Shown here piece after piece: positions 60,305 through 64,000 of a stretch of DNA of 64,000 nucleotides (the stretch's first letter is position 1; every line of letters begins with the position of its first letter). Made by a program: the position numbers and the translations under genes. The DNA comes from Cystobasidiomycetes sp. EMM_F5 (taxonomy: Eukaryota), in the NCBI GenBank assembly GCA_051047955.1, contig JBPGPT010000005.1:1-64000 (forward strand), written 5' to 3'. The notes beneath the pieces were generated by a model. That model did not search any database, was not told the DNA's origin, and saw nothing but the letters and a program-made list of their open reading frames with translations.

Positions 60305-61646
60305 GGTCTATGTCGTGAGAGTCATGAGTATGGCAGTATTAGCATTCTTCTACGGCAGTCTGGTTGTGCAGACGACAAGTCTGAGCATCTTGGAGCTTGA
60401 TCAACCGATCTAAAAGAGCCCGCAAGATGAGGATTATGCTAATGGACACTTTATTCCTCTACCGTCTACGACATGCCTGGCTTTCAACTTCCCGCTCTCC
60501 CCTGCGCAAGTCAATGCTAAAGCAGCAGTCTAGCTGTACAATCGGATAGGCGCCAGACATTCAACACATCAGTAAAACCTTTCTCCCTCGTCTGCACATC
60601 CTTCTCCACGCAAAGACACAGCCTTTAAATTGATACGACCAATGACAGCATGGCCCGACGTCTCCGCTCCAAAAAACTCTTCGACATACTAGCCCCCGCA
60701 GATTCGCTTGAAAGACAGGAGAGGCGCGCAGAAATGACTTGAAGTAGCGACGTCCACACCATAGCTTTCACCTGCGCCTGGTGCTACCTCCGACTCATTC
60801 TCTGCTACGCTGCCAAGCAATGTTCCTTTTGAGCAAGGGTTACGACTTCGCGATACTGCGCTGGCTATGCTTCACGATTCTTCCTGCAGTAACGGTGTGC
60901 TATTCCACTTCACACACAACGTCTATTGTCGATGGCTAATTAACATGGGAGACTACGTTGTTGAAGTCTCTCCGTTGCGAAAATGAGTGAGTATCAGATG
61001 AACATTCATAATTTGCATTTAAAACATACTCTTGCTGATACCAGCATCCTTTCTTCCACTTTCAGTCGACGAAAGCATTAGCCGTCCCGTAGTCAGCGGA
61101 CCCAAGGACTATGTCGCGTTTCAGCAGGCTGAACTTCAAGCCGGCGACGGAATAATCATTACGGGAAGATCCTACCAGCTCTGGCGCGGCTTTCAAATAG
61201 ACTCTCACGGCGTTCTGGATATGGTAAACTATCTGCAGAACCTATCATGCAGATTATGCCATGCCCGTCGTATTCTCCTCATTCTACGTAGACGACAGAG
61301 GGCAAGCTGACAATCAAATGAATCAATTATGCGATTCTTCATGAAAGTCGCATGATCAGTTGATACACCCAGGGCGCTGTACATTATAATTCTTTCACCG
61401 TGTCGGTCTTTGCTTGGTTCCTTTGCATACTTGCGCTTGCCGCCTTTCGCGAACCGTAGTGGCGCCACCTGAATAGGGCGTAAGTTTCCGAAACGTCTAC
61501 TCCTTGACGCTCTGCAAGCTACCGCTTCAGCAACACTGCTCTGATCTGACCCAGAGCACAAGTCTCTCTCAGTGCCTCCAACACTCCGCCCACTCTGTCA
61601 GCAGTCTCTGCGATCCCCGACCGTCTGGGATCCGTTGGGAACGGAC

Positions 61647-63705
61647 ATGGCAATGACCGATATGCAGGCTGAGGCAAGCGGAAGCGATTCGCAGTATGCT
61701 TACAAGATACCTTCCGTCACTGTCGAGAGAGCGACGACAGCGGCGTACGATATCATTATCGTCGGGGCAGGCGTTCTCGGCTCAGCGTTGTCGCACAGTC
61801 TGGCACGCTCAGGTCGTTCAGTCCTCGTCGTCGAGAGAGACCTACGACCGCCTCACAGCAGATGTGTCGGAGAACTGTTACAGAGCGGCGGGTGCATCTC
61901 TCTCGACAAGCTCGGTCTGCTGGATTGCGTGCAGAATATCGATGCGGTCCCTTGTAAGGGATATGTCGTTATTCACGCCTCGGAAGGAACAGCACACATC
62001 CCATACCCAGTCAATGGCACAATAGATGAACCATTACCGCCAAGCGACAAGTCCAAAGGGAAGGAACCCAGTAAAAAGCGGATGCGCAATTCGTCATGTG
62101 CAGACGAGTGGAACAGCACTCCTCGCTATGAAGGCAGATCGTTTCACCATGGTCGCTTTGTTGGCGCTCTGAGACGACGCTTGGAAGGTCAAGAAAGACT
62201 CGATGTCCTGGAAGCTACGGTCAACGATCTAGTAGAATGCGAAACGATGGGCGGGCGGGTCATAGGAGTCAAAGTCACGCCGAAATCGGGTGATGGCAAG
62301 CAAGTTGAGATTCTCGCTCCTCTCACCATCGTCGCCGATGGACACGCCAGTAAATGTAGGCTGAGTGCCTACACCATGCACTACACGTTTGAATGAAGCT
62401 GATGGCTATTTTCACCGTTATAGTCCGAAAAATCGTCAATACGCACGTTGCACCTCCTATAACACGATCATACTTTGTCGGTATCGAAATGGAGGATTGT
62501 GTCATGCCAAATCCGAATCATGGACATGTCATCTTGCCGGATTCTGCAGATCCAGCATCAGCTGAAGCGTCAAGTATCGGTCCTGTGCTTGTCTATGGCT
62601 TGTGTCCCAAGGTCACACGGATGCTTGTGGACGTCAACACTTCAAAAGCACCTTCTCGAGCCTATCTTTTGAAACACATTATACCTCGACTGCCTGAATG
62701 TATGAAGCCGTCTTTCGCCGCGGCACTGGCGGACGATAATCCTCAGAAGGTCAAGATCATGCCAAATTCTTGGCTTCCGCCTTCTATGCAAGGACAACGC
62801 ACGGCAATGGAGGGCGTCTTTCTAGCTGGAGATGCGCTCAACATGAGACACCCCTTGACCGGTGGCGGCATGAGCGTAGCGCTCAATGACACTGTCATAC
62901 TCACACGGTTGTTCGGAGGGGGGTTGCCGCTCGTTCCTGTCTCTCCTTCTATTTTCACAAACGGTCATGCCAATGGCCACGCAGATGGGAACGCGAATGG
63001 GAACGCCAAAGGCAATGCGAATGGCCTTGAGAATGGGCATTACGATACCAATCCACCAAAGCTCTCGGATGCTGAAGTTCTTAAGCGAGACATTGATGCG
63101 ACATCCGCCGTTGGCGAAGTCAGACGGACGCACAGCCAGCTTTGCGATCTTTCAGACTGGATGGAAATTACATCGAGGCTGGAAGAATGGCATTGGGAGC
63201 GTAAAGGTGTAGCGACATGCGTCAATGTCCTTGCAATGGCTCTGTACTCTCTCTTTGGCGCAGACGATGACAATCTCAACGTACTGCGGAGGGGTTGTAT
63301 CCGGTATATCGGATCAGGCGGAGAGAGGACCAATGGACCGGTCAGCATGCTCGCAGCGTAAGTGCAAGGGTCATTCGGTAGGCTGTCCGTATGACGTGAC
63401 TGAGGCCTCTCTTGCAGACTTCGACCATCGCCGCCTCTGCTGGTTTATCATTTCTTTGCAGTTGCACTGTTTTCTATTCGTCTGTTGTTTACAGCACCTC
63501 GCCCGCCAGCAAGTGGCAATGGCAAAGCCCTGCCGCCAAGTCTGTTTCAGTACCCAGCATTGTTTGTGCAGAGCATCTTTGTGGTAAGCTTGACCGCCTT
63601 TTTCGTGCTTCTGTTGAGCATCCTGACATTGATTCTGCTCGGAAACAGTTCCTCACTGCTTGCAGAGTGATTCTCCCTGTACTGTGGAGCGAGGTCGATT
63701 TCTGA
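61647..63705 (+). CDS. ERG1: Squalene epoxidase (monooxygenase)
   Basis: DIIIVGAGVLG, VGELLQSGG, GRSFHHGRFV, TIVADG, GDALNMRHPLTGGGM, VNVLAMALYSLF and the C-terminal TM region ACRVILPVLWSE. Confidence 0.96.
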
Positions 63706-64000
63706 TACAACATCTGCGTATTTATTCGCATGCATTCTTCACCCGTTCGACTCCGCATGTCTCATCTCGTTACTCTCGTTATACCCTCGCAAGTACTGTT
63801 CTCGATCCCGCTTTATTAGTCATTTTCAGCATTTCTCATCATGTACAAGTACTTCGACGACTTTCACATCGCAAATGCATGAGACTGCCAGCCCGCAAAA
63901 TCATGTTTTGCCATATCGATGCCATTGTGTTGGGATAATATTTCGGTTTTTCGGAATGCTAGCTAATTCTGCTACACACTTGGTTTTGGCGAGACATTAT

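Overview
Gene-dense, intron-rich eukaryotic DNA from a fungus, most likely a basidiomycete yeast (possibly Pucciniomycotina; this is inferred from short GT-AG introns with CTRAY branch sites, frequent micro-exons and protein style). About 23 protein-coding genes were reconstructed by hand-splicing: GLT1, CNS1/TTC4, a GATA-finger protein, SPP2, an ALKBH7-like dioxygenase, an unknown His-rich secreted protein, ATP15, a hexose transporter, a ZUP1/Mug105 deubiquitinase, a frameshifted persulfide dioxygenase, an ARMT1/DUF89 phosphatase, ATG1, two tandem paralogous Cys-patterned secreted proteins, PMT2, ATG8, MEMO1, two tandem PILS/auxin-efflux-family transporters, an NCS1 permease, an LSB1/PIN3-like SH3 protein, MBF1, gamma-tubulin and ERG1. 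ATP15 and ATG8 are absent from the ORF track. No tRNA, rRNA, CRISPR array or intact transposon was seen. The best candidate for an undescribed system is the tandem secreted pair at 34.9-40.8 kb, which has a preprotoxin-like layout: signal peptide, a dibasic-bounded cationic peptide, a four-repeat disulfide core and a highly conserved KR-bounded C-terminal module. Other notable items are long introns with distal branch points or stems, micro-exons across an Fe-S loop, and a PILS paralog with an altered transport motif. All calls come from reading the sequence; no database search was run.
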